Shown here one piece after another: positions 1 through 10,093 of a stretch of 64,000 nucleotides of DNA. A program made the translations under genes and the position numbers. Under the pieces are notes generated by a model. It was not told the origin of the DNA. It saw only the letters and a program-made list of their open reading frames with translations, and made no database searches. Within the stretch, counting starts at the first letter, position 1; every line of letters begins with the position of its first letter. The DNA comes from Spirochaetia bacterium (GTDB lineage: Bacteria; Spirochaetota; Spirochaetia; SZUA-6; Bin103): positions 2,112,001-2,176,000 of the forward strand of contig OZ241907.1 in the NCBI GenBank assembly GCA_965203515.1, in the 5' to 3' direction.

Positions 1-94
1 CGCGCACGCCGTCGATGCGCGTCAGGTTCGGCAGGTGCTGGCGGTTGGCGAAGTTGCCGGCCCCGTAGACGCCGACGCGCAGCGGGCCGCGCAA
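1..94 (-). CDS. Gfo/Idh/MocA-family oxidoreductase, N-terminus (runs off window edge)
   Basis: Manual translation from TTG at 94: LRGPLRVGVYGAGNFANRQHLPNL, a Rossmann GxGxxA start typical of this family; follows the dehydratase stop codon. Confidence 0.5.
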   Translation of the reverse strand, partial: MRGPLRVGVYGAGNFANRQHLPNLTRIDGVR

Positions 95-98
95 CGCC

Positions 99-1082
99 CT
101 ACTCGTCGTCGACCGCCTGCAGGAGGGCGTGGATGTAGCCGTAGGTATACGCGAACCCGACCTGCTGCGGCTCGGCGCCGGACAGGCCGGGGACGTGATC
201 GGGCATGATCATGTACCGGTAGCCGACCTCCTTGAGGGTCCTGAGCGCCTTGAGCATGTCGACGTCGCCCTCGTCGGGAAAGACCTCCACGAAGTTCCCC
301 AGACCTCCCTTGACGTTGCGGAAGTGGATGTTGAAGAGCTTGCCGCGTTCGCCGAAATAGCGGATGACGTCGTAGACCTCCGCTCCCGGATTCTCCAGGG
401 ACTCCGCCATGCAGCCTATGCAGAAGTTGAGGCCGTTATACGGGCTGTCGTAGAGCTCGATCAGCTTCTCGAAGCCGCGGGCCATGCCCAGCACGCGGGC
501 GACGCCGCGGTATTCGACCCCGTAGCCGATGCCGGGATCGGACGGATGGCACGCCATCTGCACCCGGTACTCCTCGGCCACCGGCATGATGTTCCGCAGC
601 CAGTGGTCGATGCGCTCCCACATCGTGTCCTCGTCGGCGGCGCCGCCCTCGAACGTGCCGAGCGACCGGTCGAGCTTGTCGATCTCGAACGATGACAGCG
701 TGGCGCCGCCGCGCCCGTAGCGCGGCTCGGTGCGCAGGTGCCCGAGCAGCGTGACGTTGTAGTTGAGCCCGCGCAGCCCGGCCTCCGCCGCCATCCGCAC
801 CGTCTCGCACATGCGCTCGATCTGCCGGTCGCGCGCATCGCCGGGCCCCAGGAAGATCGCCCCCGCCTCGTTCTCCAGGGCGCTCTTCGACCCCAGCGGC
901 ACGTGGATCATCTCCAGGTCGATGCCGTACCGGGCAAAGCGGTCGCGCATGCCCTTCAGCAGGTCGGCCGTCCAGTCCCGCCACGGCGCCGTCGGCGTCT
1001 GGTCGACGTGCCGGACGCCAAGCTGCGCGAGCACCTCGATATCGGCGTCGTGCCGGCACCGGAACTGCGTGCCCAGGTACAT
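99..1082 (-). CDS. uxuA: Mannonate dehydratase (UxuA) family protein
   Basis: Motifs MACHPSDP, NGLNFCIG, IHFRNV, FPDEGDVDM, MPDHVP, GFAYTYGYI. Confidence 0.75.
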   Translation of the reverse strand: MYLGTQFRCRHDADIEVLAQLGVRHVDQTPTAPWRDWTADLLKGMRDRFARYGIDLEMIHVPLGSKSALENEAGAIFLGPGDARDRQIERMCETVRMAAEAGLRGLNYNVTLLGHLRTEPRYGRGGATLSSFEIDKLDRSLGTFEGGAADEDTMWERIDHWLRNIMPVAEEYRVQMACHPSDPGIGYGVEYRGVARVLGMARGFEKLIELYDSPYNGLNFCIGCMAESLENPGAEVYDVIRYFGERGKLFNIHFRNVKGGLGNFVEVFPDEGDVDMLKALRTLKEVGYRYMIMPDHVPGLSGAEPQQVGFAYTYGYIHALLQAVDDE

Positions 1083-1092
1083 CGCGGCTCCG

Positions 1093-1392
1093 TCAGCCGG
1101 CGATCACCCGCGCGAGCTCCGCCGGCGAGATGCGGTGATGGCTCAGCACGGTGGTGGCGGCGTCCCGCTCGATCTTGAGGAGCTGCGGCGACTCGTGGCG
1201 CACGCCGTATCGCTTCGCCACCTGATCGGAAAGCCGGCGCTGCTCGATCACGTCGACCCAGTAGACCGGCAGATCGAAGTCCGTGCGCTCCACCACCCGG
1301 GCCGCGGCGGCCGATACCGGGCAGGCGGTCGAATGCTTGTAGACGTAGCAGTCGGCAGGCAGCTTCGTCCTCTTCTCCATCCGCTCGATCAT
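1093..1392 (-). CDS. Monothiol bacilliredoxin BrxC/YtxJ-family thioredoxin-like protein
   Basis: KHSTACPVS and HESPQ motifs; GAGGAGG RBS upstream. Confidence 0.8.
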   Translation of the reverse strand: MIERMEKRTKLPADCYVYKHSTACPVSAAAARVVERTDFDLPVYWVDVIEQRRLSDQVAKRYGVRHESPQLLKIERDAATTVLSHHRISPAELARVIAG

Positions 1393-1435
1393 CGCAGCCT
1401 CCTCACCGGCCGAATCGGCGTCCTCCGACGCCGCG

Positions 1436-1885
1436 TCAGCATACCACGGGAGGAGGAAGCACGGACCACCCGCCGCTGCCGGGCCGCTCGAAGGAGGCCC
1501 GCACCGTGATGGAGATGCCGCCGCGCACGCTGAAGGCGCCGGTCACCTGGCAGGCGATCGGCCGCAGCGCGGCGACCAGGTCGTCCAGGATGCGGTTGGT
1601 CACGTGTTCGTGGAAGGTCCCCTCATTGCGATACGACCACAGGTACAGCTTCAGCGACTTGGACTCCACGACCCGCTGGTCCGGGACGTACCGGATCGAG
1701 ATGACGGCGAAGTCCGGCTGCCCGGTGATCGGGCATACGCAGGTGAACTCCGGGCACTCCAGGCTGACCAGGTAGGAGCGGCCCGGGTGGCGGTTGGGGA
1801 ACGTCTCCAGCGTCCGGGAAGGCTCGGCCGCGCCGCCCGCGCCCAGCAGGGTCAACTCGCCGTCGGGGGACCGGTCGTCAGCCAT
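1436..1885 (-). CDS. queF: NADPH-dependent preQ0 reductase QueF (type I)
   Basis: PEFTCVCPITGQPDF, ESKSLKLYL, FHE and RGGI motifs; likely start ATG 1885 overlapping the yhhQ stop. Confidence 0.9.
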   Translation of the reverse strand: MADDRSPDGELTLLGAGGAAEPSRTLETFPNRHPGRSYLVSLECPEFTCVCPITGQPDFAVISIRYVPDQRVVESKSLKLYLWSYRNEGTFHEHVTNRILDDLVAALRPIACQVTGAFSVRGGISITVRASFERPGSGGWSVLPPPVVC

Positions 1886-2576
1886 CGGCGCGGAGGCCGA
1901 AGCGCAGCGGCGTGAAGTCGGTCCTGGCATCGAAGTGGTCGAGCCCTTCGCGCCGCTTCAGCCAGCCGACCACGGCGTAGGTGAGCGGCGTGGCGATCGC
2001 CTCGTAGGCGACCTTGAACAACCACTGCGCCACCACCAGCCACAGCACCTGATCGGCCGGGAGGACTCCCAGGAAGGCGACCGTGATGAAGACGCCGGAA
2101 TCGACCAGTTGGCCCACGACGGTGCTGCCGACCGTGCGCAGCCACAGCAGCCGGCCCGAGGTGGCCACCTTGAGCTTGGCGAGCACGAACGAGTTGACGA
2201 ACTCGCCCATCAGGTAGGCCAGGAAGGAGGCGGCGACGATGCGCGGCACTGCGCCCAGCGTGCGCACGTAGGCGTCCTGGCCGTCCCAGAAGCCGGCCGG
2301 CGGCAGCGCGCCGCCGATGGCGATCGCGGCCACGGCCACCGCGTTGCAGCCAAAGCCGATCCAGATCACCCGGCGGCAGCGCTGGTAGCCGTACACCTCC
2401 GTCAGCACGTCGCCCAGGATGTAGGTCAAGGGAAACAGGATCACGGCCGCGGGCAGCACCACGGCCGGGGTGAAGGCGACCAGCTTGCCGGCGATGACGT
2501 TCGACACCACCAGCGTGGTCACGAACAGGGCGGTGATGGCGTCGAGGTAGCGAGGGCGGGCGGACTGCGGGTCCAT
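1878..2576 (-). CDS. yhhQ: Queuosine precursor transporter (YhhQ/VUT family)
   Basis: FPLTYILGDVLTEVYG, ASFLAYL, LRTVGSTVVGQLVDS; multiple TM segments; adjacent to queF. Confidence 0.9.
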   Translation of the reverse strand: MDPQSARPRYLDAITALFVTTLVVSNVIAGKLVAFTPAVVLPAAVILFPLTYILGDVLTEVYGYQRCRRVIWIGFGCNAVAVAAIAIGGALPPAGFWDGQDAYVRTLGAVPRIVAASFLAYLMGEFVNSFVLAKLKVATSGRLLWLRTVGSTVVGQLVDSGVFITVAFLGVLPADQVLWLVVAQWLFKVAYEAIATPLTYAVVGWLKRREGLDHFDARTDFTPLRFGLRADG

Positions 2577-2646
2577 CAAGGCAGCCTACCCGCGCCGATC
2601 GACCGCGCGCAAGAACGCATGACCGCGGCGGGACGCGCGCGGTATC

Positions 2647-3774
2647 ATGGACGAACGGCAAAGGAGTACCGCGGTGGCGACACCTCACGACCTGACGCGA
2701 CTGGGCCAGGCGGTCTGGCTCGACTTCATCCAGCGCAGCTTCCTGCGCGACGGGGGGCTTTCCCGGCTGGTAGCCGAGGGCGTGCGCGGGGTCACGTCCA
2801 ACCCAACCATCTTTCAGAAGGCGATCGGCGAAAGCGACGACTACGACCGGCAACTCCGGGAGGTGGCGCGCGGCGCGTCCGCCGAGGAGGCGTACGAGGC
2901 GCTGGCGATCGCCGACATCGCGCGCGCGTGCGACGAGCTGCGGCCGGTATACGATCGGCTCGACGGCCGTGACGGGTTCGTGAGCCTGGAGGTGAGCCCG
3001 GCGCTCGCCCACGATACGGCGGGAACCGTGGCGGCGGCCAAGCGGCTGGCGGCCGCGGTCGGCCGGCCCAACCTCATGATCAAGGTGCCGGGCACCGGCG
3101 CCGGGGTTCCGGCGATCGCGGAGCTGATCGGCGCCGGCGTCAACGTCAACGTCACGCTGCTGTTCTCGCTGGCCGACTATCAGGCGGTGGCGGCCGCCTA
3201 CCTGGTCGGACTCGCCGCGCTCGCCCGGCGCGGCCCGACGGTACCGGGCGGCCACGGCATCGATCGGATCGGATCGGTGGCGTCGTTCTTCGTGAGCCGC
3301 GTCGATACCGCCGTCGACGCCGCGCTGCCGGACGACTCGCCGTTGCGCGGCACCGCCGCGGTCGCCAACGCCAAGCTCGCCTACGCGGCGTTCCGGTCGA
3401 TCTACTCCGGTGAGCGCTGGCAGACGCTGACCGCCGCCGGCGCCCGCCCGCAGCGCCTGCTGTGGGCCAGCACCGGCGCCAAGAACCCCGCCTACTCGCC
3501 CACCAAGTACGTGGACGAGCTGATCGGCCCCGACACCGTCAACACCATGCCGCCGGACACGCTGACCGCCTTCCGGGCCGCCGGCACGGCCGCCGCCACG
3601 TTGACCGCCGGCGTGGACGAGGCGCGCCGGCAGCTCGACCGGCTGGCCGCCGCCGGGGTCGACCTCGACCGGGTGACCGCCGATCTGCAGCAGGCCGGCG
3701 TGGCGGCGTTCGCCGACTCTTTCGACGCTCTGCTCGCGTCGGTCGATCACAAGCGAGCCGAGCTGGCCGCTTGA
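2647..3774 (+). CDS. tal: Transaldolase
   Basis: [30 protein letters not shown] (Schiff-base Lys), [22 protein letters not shown]. Confidence 0.95.
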   Translation: MDERQRSTAVATPHDLTRLGQAVWLDFIQRSFLRDGGLSRLVAEGVRGVTSNPTIFQKAIGESDDYDRQLREVARGASAEEAYEALAIADIARACDELRPVYDRLDGRDGFVSLEVSPALAHDTAGTVAAAKRLAAAVGRPNLMIKVPGTGAGVPAIAELIGAGVNVNVTLLFSLADYQAVAAAYLVGLAALARRGPTVPGGHGIDRIGSVASFFVSRVDTAVDAALPDDSPLRGTAAVANAKLAYAAFRSIYSGERWQTLTAAGARPQRLLWASTGAKNPAYSPTKYVDELIGPDTVNTMPPDTLTAFRAAGTAAATLTAGVDEARRQLDRLAAAGVDLDRVTADLQQAGVAAFADSFDALLASVDHKRAELAA

Positions 3775-5450
3775 CGTTCCTCTGCAACCCCGCCTCCCTG
3801 ACGGCGGAGCTCCGGGCGTGCGAGCGGCGCCTGCGCGCCGAGCGGATCGGCGCACGGCTGCGCGCGCGCGACCACACGATCTGGAATCCCGATCCGACCG
3901 AGATCGCCGACCGCCTGGGTTGGCTGACCCTGCCGGCGGCCATGCGCGCGGAGCTGCCCGCGATCGAACGGATCGCCGCCGGCGCGCGGGCGGCCGGCCT
4001 GCGCCGCGCGCTGCTGCTGGGCATGGGCGGCTCCAGTCTGGCCCCGGAGGTATTCAGCCGCGTGCTGGGCAGCCGGCCCGGCTACCTGCGCCTGCGCGTG
4101 CTCGACAGCACCCACCCCGACGCGGTGCGCGCCGCGGCGGCCGATGCGCCGCCGGAGCGGACGCTGATCATCGTGGCGACCAAGTCGGGCGGCACGGTGG
4201 AGACGATCAGCCTGTTCCGCTATCTGTACACGTGGCTGGAGCGGCGGCTGGGCCGCGCCGCGGCGCAGGAGCGCGTGGTCGCCATCACCGATCCGGGCTC
4301 CGGCCTGGAGCGCGAGGCGCGGCAGCTCGGCGCCGCGCACGTGCTGTACGGCGACCCGGAGGTGGGCGGCCGGTACTCGGCGCTGTCCGCCTTCGGCCTG
4401 GCGCCGGCGGCGCTCATGGGCGTCGACGTCGGGCGGCTGCTCGACGCCGCGGCCGCGGAGGCCGCGCAGCCGCTCGAGGAGAGCGCCGGATTCCGGCTGG
4501 GCGCCCTGCTGGGCGCCGCCGAACGGACCGGACGGGACAAGCTGACGCTGCGCGCGCCGGCGGCCCTGGCGCCGCTCGGCGCCTGGATCGAACAGCTCGT
4601 GGCGGAGAGCACCGGCAAGGACGGCCGCGGCATCCTGCCGGTGGACGGCGAGCCGGCGCTCGACCCCGACCGCTATCCGGCCGATCGGGTCTTCGCCGTC
4701 CACCGCCTCGGCACCGAGCCGGCGGACCGCCTCGACGCGCTCGGCGACGCCGGGCACCCGGTCGCCGAGTGCGTGCTCGATTCGCTCGACGAGCTCGGCG
4801 CGCTCATGTACCGGTGGGAGATCGCCACCGCGGTGGCGGGCGCCGTGATCGGCATCAACCCGTTCGACCAACCGAACGTGGAGGCGGCCAAGGTAAGCGC
4901 CCGCCGCATGGTCGACGCCTACCGCGCCGGCGGCGCGCTGCCGGCGCCGGCGCCGACCGCGGCCGCCGGCGGCCTGACCCTGTACGGCGACGGGGGGCCG
5001 GAAGCGGCGGACCTGCCCGGCGCGCTGGCGGCCTTCCTGCAGCCGGCGGCCGGCGCGGACGGCGGCTACGTCGCGCTCCACGCCTATCTGCCGCCGACGG
5101 CCGCCACCGACGCGGCGCTGCTGCGGCTGCGGCGGCGCATCCTGGCGCGCTGCGGCGTCGCCGTGACCTGCGGCTACGGCCCGCGCTTCCTGCACTCGAC
5201 CGGCCAGTTGCACAAGGGCGACGCCGGCGCCGGATCGTTCATCCAGCTCACGGCCGATCTGCGGGACGACCTGCCGATTCCGGATCGGGCCGGTGAGGAG
5301 GCCGGCTCGCTGTCGTTCGGCGTGCTGATCGAGGCGCAGGCGCTCGGCGACCGGCAGGCGCTGCTCGACGCCGGGCGGCGGGTGCTCCGCATCGGCCTGG
5401 GCGCGGAGCCGGTCGCCGGGCTCGACGCTCTGGCGGCGGCGATTCGCTGA
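3771..5450 (+). CDS. pgi: Glucose-6-phosphate isomerase (type usually fused to or paired with transaldolase)
   Basis: [65 protein letters not shown] start overlapping tal stop (start uncertain). Confidence 0.88.
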   Translation: MTFLCNPASLTAELRACERRLRAERIGARLRARDHTIWNPDPTEIADRLGWLTLPAAMRAELPAIERIAAGARAAGLRRALLLGMGGSSLAPEVFSRVLGSRPGYLRLRVLDSTHPDAVRAAAADAPPERTLIIVATKSGGTVETISLFRYLYTWLERRLGRAAAQERVVAITDPGSGLEREARQLGAAHVLYGDPEVGGRYSALSAFGLAPAALMGVDVGRLLDAAAAEAAQPLEESAGFRLGALLGAAERTGRDKLTLRAPAALAPLGAWIEQLVAESTGKDGRGILPVDGEPALDPDRYPADRVFAVHRLGTEPADRLDALGDAGHPVAECVLDSLDELGALMYRWEIATAVAGAVIGINPFDQPNVEAAKVSARRMVDAYRAGGALPAPAPTAAAGGLTLYGDGGPEAADLPGALAAFLQPAAGADGGYVALHAYLPPTAATDAALLRLRRRILARCGVAVTCGYGPRFLHSTGQLHKGDAGAGSFIQLTADLRDDLPIPDRAGEEAGSLSFGVLIEAQALGDRQALLDAGRRVLRIGLGAEPVAGLDALAAAIR

Positions 5451-5463
5451 TGGCGATCCGCCG

Positions 5464-5958
5464 ATGGGGCGGCCGATGACCGACTTCGACCCCCGGCGGC
5501 AGCGCCGCATCATGGGGATGTTCGCCACCGGCGTGTCGGTGGTGACCACCGGGCAACGGGACGCCGGCTGGGCGATGACCGCCAACTCGATCCTGTCGCT
5601 GTCGCTGTCGCCGCCGCTGATCCTGTTTGCGGTCGACCTGCGCAACGCCATGCGCGACCGGCTCACCGAAGCGGCGACGTTTGCGGTCAACATCCTGCGC
5701 CGCGACCAGGAAGCGCTGTCGCAGCGCTTCGCCACGCCCGGTCCCAAGAGCCTGGATGGCGTCGCGCTGCGCACGGCGGCGACCGGCGCGCCGGTATTCC
5801 GCGACGCGCTGGCGTGGGTCGACTGCCGGCTCACCGAGCGGTTGCCGGGCGGAGATCACGAGATCTTCATCGGCCGGATCGTCGCCGGGGAAGCCGATGC
5901 CGGCGACCCGCTGCTGTTCTTCGGCGGCGGCTACCGCGGCATCGCGCCCGCATCGTGA
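5464..5958 (+). CDS. Flavin reductase family protein
   Basis: FATGVSVVT, MTANS..SLSLSPP, GGDHEIFIG motifs. Confidence 0.9.
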   Translation: MGRPMTDFDPRRQRRIMGMFATGVSVVTTGQRDAGWAMTANSILSLSLSPPLILFAVDLRNAMRDRLTEAATFAVNILRRDQEALSQRFATPGPKSLDGVALRTAATGAPVFRDALAWVDCRLTERLPGGDHEIFIGRIVAGEADAGDPLLFFGGGYRGIAPAS

Positions 5959-5973
5959 AGGTTCGGGCAACCG

Positions 5974-6306
5974 TCATTCCCTCTGCCTCTCTTCTTCGTC
6001 TTCTTCGTCTCTTTCGTCCGTCTGAAGCCGGATATATCCATCGTATTGGCTGTCGGAGCCGTCCATCTCCGACCAATGAATCCGAAATCCTCCCCTCTCG
6101 ACGATCTTCCTGAGACCGCTGCCCACCGCCAACACCACGACAGTAGGTGGAACTGACGACGGAACGCCTTCGACGTGTATCACAAAGCCTCCATCGTCGT
6201 CGGCTCCCGGGCGGTCAATCATAGACTCACGGTCTACCACGTATCCCGTCGCGCTACCCGTCGGTGTCACCTTGACAACTACAGTCATACAGCTCAGTAT
6301 AGTCAC
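5974..6306 (-). CDS. Hypothetical protein in a lower-GC patch
   Basis: 110-aa ORF with acidic tail; no recognisable motif or clear RBS. Confidence 0.25.
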   Translation of the reverse strand: MTILSCMTVVVKVTPTGSATGYVVDRESMIDRPGADDDGGFVIHVEGVPSSVPPTVVVLAVGSGLRKIVERGGFRIHWSEMDGSDSQYDGYIRLQTDERDEEDEEERQRE

Positions 6307-6500
6307 TTATCGTAAAGTGTAAAGTTACCACCGGATGCCGGTGGTGTGCAGCGCCAGTTCGCGTTCCCGTGGCAGCCACCCGCACACTCCGCGCGGTTTC
6401 GGCGTCGCGCGGCACGACAAAGTCGGCGGCGAACGCACCAGCCGCCCCTCAGACCCGTCCAGCTAGGCTAGGCTAGACAACGGCATGTAATCGGATCAGT

Positions 6501-6662
6501 CCTTCAAATAGTGCCGCGCATTCTCGCGCGGCTCGTGACGACCCCGATCACCGAGGAGAAGTCCGAACTCCCGGCGCTGTCTCAATAGGCCGCGCGTTTC
6601 GCGCGGCTGGTGGCCTCCCGTTTGGGGGGACTGCAGGAGGGCGTCGATGGAATTCGTTTCAA
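6501..6662 (-). CRISPR. Degenerate trailer end of the CRISPR array, separated from the main array by ISL3
   Basis: Degenerate repeats at about 6501-6539 and 6579-6614 (GTCTCAATAGGCCGCGCGTTTCGCGCGGCTGGTGGC), ~40-nt spacers, then GTTTCAA at 6656-6662 abutting the IS. Confidence 0.85.
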
Positions 6663-7994
6663 GGGTCTTCAGGCTTTCGTGTGGACGAGGTGGTCACGGC
6701 CGACACCGGCAGGGTAGAGGTCAAGACCGCCGAGGTGAAAGTAGATGGCGTTGCGGAACCTCTGCCGGTTGCGAAAGCCGCGCGCTGCGTACTTCAACCT
6801 CTGCACCCCCGCGTTGATCGACTCCGCCCGCGCGTTGCTCACCCCCTGCACCACCGCCGTCACGATCCCTTCCAGATGACGCTTGACCATCCGCGCTACC
6901 CGCTTGACCGGCTCCAGACGACACCGGATCGCCGACCGGTACCACGCCTGCCACGCCTTGCGCGCCCACCCGCGAGAGCGGTACTTCCACAGCGTCATCG
7001 CATGTTCCTTGTAGCCCCAGGCGCGCGCGGTCTGCAGCGCGCTGTCCCGCAAGTCAGCGAACTGCCGCCAACGCTCGGCATCCATGTGCTCGGGGTTGGT
7101 CAGCCACGCATAGCGGCTGCCCTTCAGCCGATCATCACCGCTGCCGGCCAGCCGGCGGCTCTCGGCTCGCCGTACCTGGTCAACGGCGTTGCCGAGGTGC
7201 CGGGCGACGTGGAACTTGTCGAACGCGATCTTGAGCTCCGCGTCCGGCACGTAGGCGGCGGTCGCGATGATGTACGGCTCCCACATGTCCATGGCGACCG
7301 TCTCGACGCCAGCCAACTGCTCATGGTCAAACTGCTGGTAGAACTCCTCCAACACCTCCTTGCGGCGGCCATCGGCCACATGCACGACGTGCCCGTCCAG
7401 ATCGTTGATCACCGTCACGTACTCATGGCGCTTCTGAAACGACGTCTCGTCCACGCCGATCCGCGGCGGCAGCTGCACCGCACGCCGTTGTAAGCCGCGG
7501 TGCACGGCTCGTTGCATCACTCCGTCGACCTCGTCCCAGCTGAGCCGCATCTGCTGCGCCACCGCCGCGATCGTGGCGTGCTGCAGCCAGTCGATCACGA
7601 CCGCCTCGCACAGCGCGGTCAGCCGCGATCGGCCTTCGCTCCACGGCACCTCGATCTGCTTGACCCCGTGCTGCCGGCACTGAGACCGCGGTACGTCGGC
7701 AGCCAGAACCGTGCGGTACTGGCAGGTGTCCAGATGGCGCCACCGCCGTTGCCGGCTGTCGTAGCGGCGCGCGGCTTGGCCGCAGTGCGGGCAGGTGAGC
7801 GGCCCGCCGTGCTCGACGTGGACCACGATCTCGCCCTGCTGAAGGTTCAGTTCGACGTCGGCCACTCGCCACGGTGCCTCGACGCCCAGAATCCTGCCGT
7901 ACAGTTCCTTGTCACGCATGGCGCCAGCGTAGCCTCGCTGGCGGCGCCACCGCCACCGTCAGGGCGCCCTACCCACACGAAACCCGGAAGCCCC
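6663..7994 (-). mobile_element. ISL3-family insertion sequence (1332 bp) with 8-bp target-site duplication CGTTTCAA
   Basis: Terminal IRs GGGTCTTCAGGCTTTCGTGTGG / GGGGCTTCCGGGTTTCGTGTGG (19/22 match); CGTTTCAA at 6655-6662 and 7995-8002. Confidence 0.95.
6669..7919 (-). CDS. ISL3-family transposase
   Basis: CPHC zinc finger, RRWRHLD, GVDETSF, AMDMWEPY, FDKFHV, SNARAESIN, ARGFRN. Confidence 0.95.
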   Translation of the reverse strand: MRDKELYGRILGVEAPWRVADVELNLQQGEIVVHVEHGGPLTCPHCGQAARRYDSRQRRWRHLDTCQYRTVLAADVPRSQCRQHGVKQIEVPWSEGRSRLTALCEAVVIDWLQHATIAAVAQQMRLSWDEVDGVMQRAVHRGLQRRAVQLPPRIGVDETSFQKRHEYVTVINDLDGHVVHVADGRRKEVLEEFYQQFDHEQLAGVETVAMDMWEPYIIATAAYVPDAELKIAFDKFHVARHLGNAVDQVRRAESRRLAGSGDDRLKGSRYAWLTNPEHMDAERWRQFADLRDSALQTARAWGYKEHAMTLWKYRSRGWARKAWQAWYRSAIRCRLEPVKRVARMVKRHLEGIVTAVVQGVSNARAESINAGVQRLKYAARGFRNRQRFRNAIYFHLGGLDLYPAGVGRDHLVHTKA

Positions 7995-7995
7995 C

Positions 7996-9778
7996 GTTTC
8001 AATAGGGTCGCGCGTTTCGCGCGGCTGGTGGCATATTTGAATAAAGCCTATGTCCAGACGTATCAGTGGAAGTTTCAATAGGGCCGCGCGGTTCGCGCGG
8101 CTGGTGGCATCCAGGATGCGGTTTTCGACGTGACCAGCTACGTGATGTTTCAATAGGGCCGCGCGGTTCGCGCGGCTGGTGGCCGTTGTATGGAGTGTTG
8201 TTATTGGCCATGAAGGGTAGGAGTTTCAATAGGGCCGCGCGGTTCGCGCGGCTGGTGGCATAATGAAAGAAGTGAAAGCAGAGGAGACAGAGAGAGGTTT
8301 CAATAGGGCCGCGCGGTTCGCGCGGCTGGTGGCCAAAGGGAGAACATGAAAGCACAAACTACCTTCAAGTTTCAATAGGGCCGCGCGGTTCGCGCGGCTG
8401 GTGGCCTATCTAATCGCGGGGCGCACAAATCACTCGCTTCAACGTTTCAATAGGGCCGCGCGGTTCGCGCGGCTGGTGGCTGCCTCGGACGGTGATCATG
8501 CTCGACCACCCTCGGCCAAGTTTCAATAGGGCCGCGCGGTTCGCGCGGCTGGTGGCGAGGGCAATGCAGCCATCTGAGCCTGGTAGGTCTTCCCTGGCGT
8601 TTCAATAGGGCCGCGCGGTTCGCGCGGCTGGTGGCACATCATTTCGGAGCTGATATCGAAGTTTGATGAGTTCTCGTTTCAATAGGGCCGCGCGGTTCGC
8701 GCGGCTGGTGGCGTCTTGGAGCAGGCGTCTGCCGATGACGTGCGCGGTGTTTCAATAGGGCCGCGCGGTTCGCGCGGCTGGTGGCCGTTCGATGGAATCG
8801 CACCGCCGGATTCTCCCACAAGGTCGTTTCAATAGGGCCGCGCGGTTCGCGCGGCTGGTGGCCTACGATTAGCAGAGAGATCCAAAATCTTACGGAGCAG
8901 TTTCAATAGGGCCGCGCGGTTCGCGCGGCTGGTGGCTTCACGTAGGCATGAATCTCTTGAGTCGTTGTAGCAACCAGCAGTTTCAATAGGGCCGCGCGGT
9001 TCGCGCGGCTGGTGGCGTCCCAGCCCTTCCCGGCTCAACTTGCTGGGAATTAGCCGTTTCAATAGGGCCGCGCGGTTCGCGCGGCTGGTGGCGTCCCAGC
9101 CCTTCCCGGCTCAACTTGCTGGGAATTAGCCGTTTCAATAGGGCCGCGCGGTTCGCGCGGCTGGTGGCGTGCGATCACACCGGATCAGTAGCACCGGGGA
9201 ACCAACGTCGTTTCAATAGGGCCGCGCGGTTCGCGCGGCTGGTGGCAGCTTGCCAAGAAGCTGTCGGGCTCGGCCTAACGGCTTCGTTTCAATAGGGCCG
9301 CGCGGTTCGCGCGGCTGGTGGCACCGTGCACTCTCGGAGTCTCCTCCGGGGTCAAAACCATGTTTCAATAGGGCCGCGCGGTTCGCGCGGCTGGTGGCTT
9401 TTCGTGAACGACCCGATCGATCGCGCCGCTTCGGCGTCGTTTCAATAGGGCCGCGCGGTTCGCGCGGCTGGTGGCGAGTCCTCAGGAGTACGTCAACAAC
9501 ATTCCGCGCTGGATGTTTCAATAGGGCCGCGCGGTTCGCGCGGCTGGTGGCTGTAGGTTCGAGTCCTACTGCTAGCTTTTCTAATTGGAGTTTCAATAGG
9601 GCCGCGCGGTTCGCGCGGCTGGTGGCCTCGCCGCTTCGGCGGCTCGAAGGGAGTTCGAAACTGCCAGTTTCAATAGGGCCGCGCGGTTCGCGCGGCTGGT
9701 GGCTTCCGTAGTCATGCGACGTCCGGAGGAGGAACCGGTTCGTTTCAATAGGGCCGCGCGGTTCGCGCGGCTGGTGGC
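7996..9778 (-). CRISPR. CRISPR array: 24 repeats of 37 bp, 23 spacers of 35-43 nt; transcribed repeat GCCACCAGCCGCGCGAACCGCGCGGCCCTATTGAAAC
   Basis: Repeats counted from 7996 to 9742. The minus-strand repeat ends in ATTGAAAC and has a GCCGCGCG/CGCGCGGC hairpin. Degeneration at the left end and cas2 at the right support minus orientation. Confidence 0.98.
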
Positions 9779-10093
9779 TGCCGTCCCGCAACCCTTTGAT
9801 CCGCAAGCACAAATCTCAAGTCCCGCGAGCGGAGGCAGTCATGACGAGCAATCGGACCCTCAACTGGAACGTTTACTCAGGACATCTGGTCATATCTCCC
9901 TTGTCGGCAACGTTTTGTGCGACGCGAGCGGAATCGGAAGGATCAGCAGCACACCTCCTCAGGCTCGGTCGCTCTGTCAAAGACCGCCTGCTCGACGGCT
10001 ACCCTACACCACATCCGGTCATTTGGCAAACACCACAAAGGACCGCCGGCGGCACCAACCTGCGCGACGGTCAGTTCGACCGGCCGCTTGGCG
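9779..10093 (-). promoter_or_regulatory. CRISPR leader region
   Basis: Non-coding, lower-GC stretch between the cas2 stop and the first intact repeat. Confidence 0.65.

Noticed and set aside
2580..2646. preQ1 riboswitch upstream of yhhQ-queF
   Set aside because: Short GC-rich region with no preQ1 stem-loop or A-rich tail
6350..6420. CCGCGCGGTTTC...CGCGCGGC as an older repeat relic
   Set aside because: Too degenerate and off-period to tell from GC-rich background
9399..9666. Two spacers sharing CGCCGCTTCGGCG
   Set aside because: 13-nt GC-rich hairpin-like match with unrelated flanks; probably chance
7959..9812. ORFs with repeated HQPREPRGPIET / ATSRANRAALLK peptides
   Set aside because: Translations of CRISPR repeats
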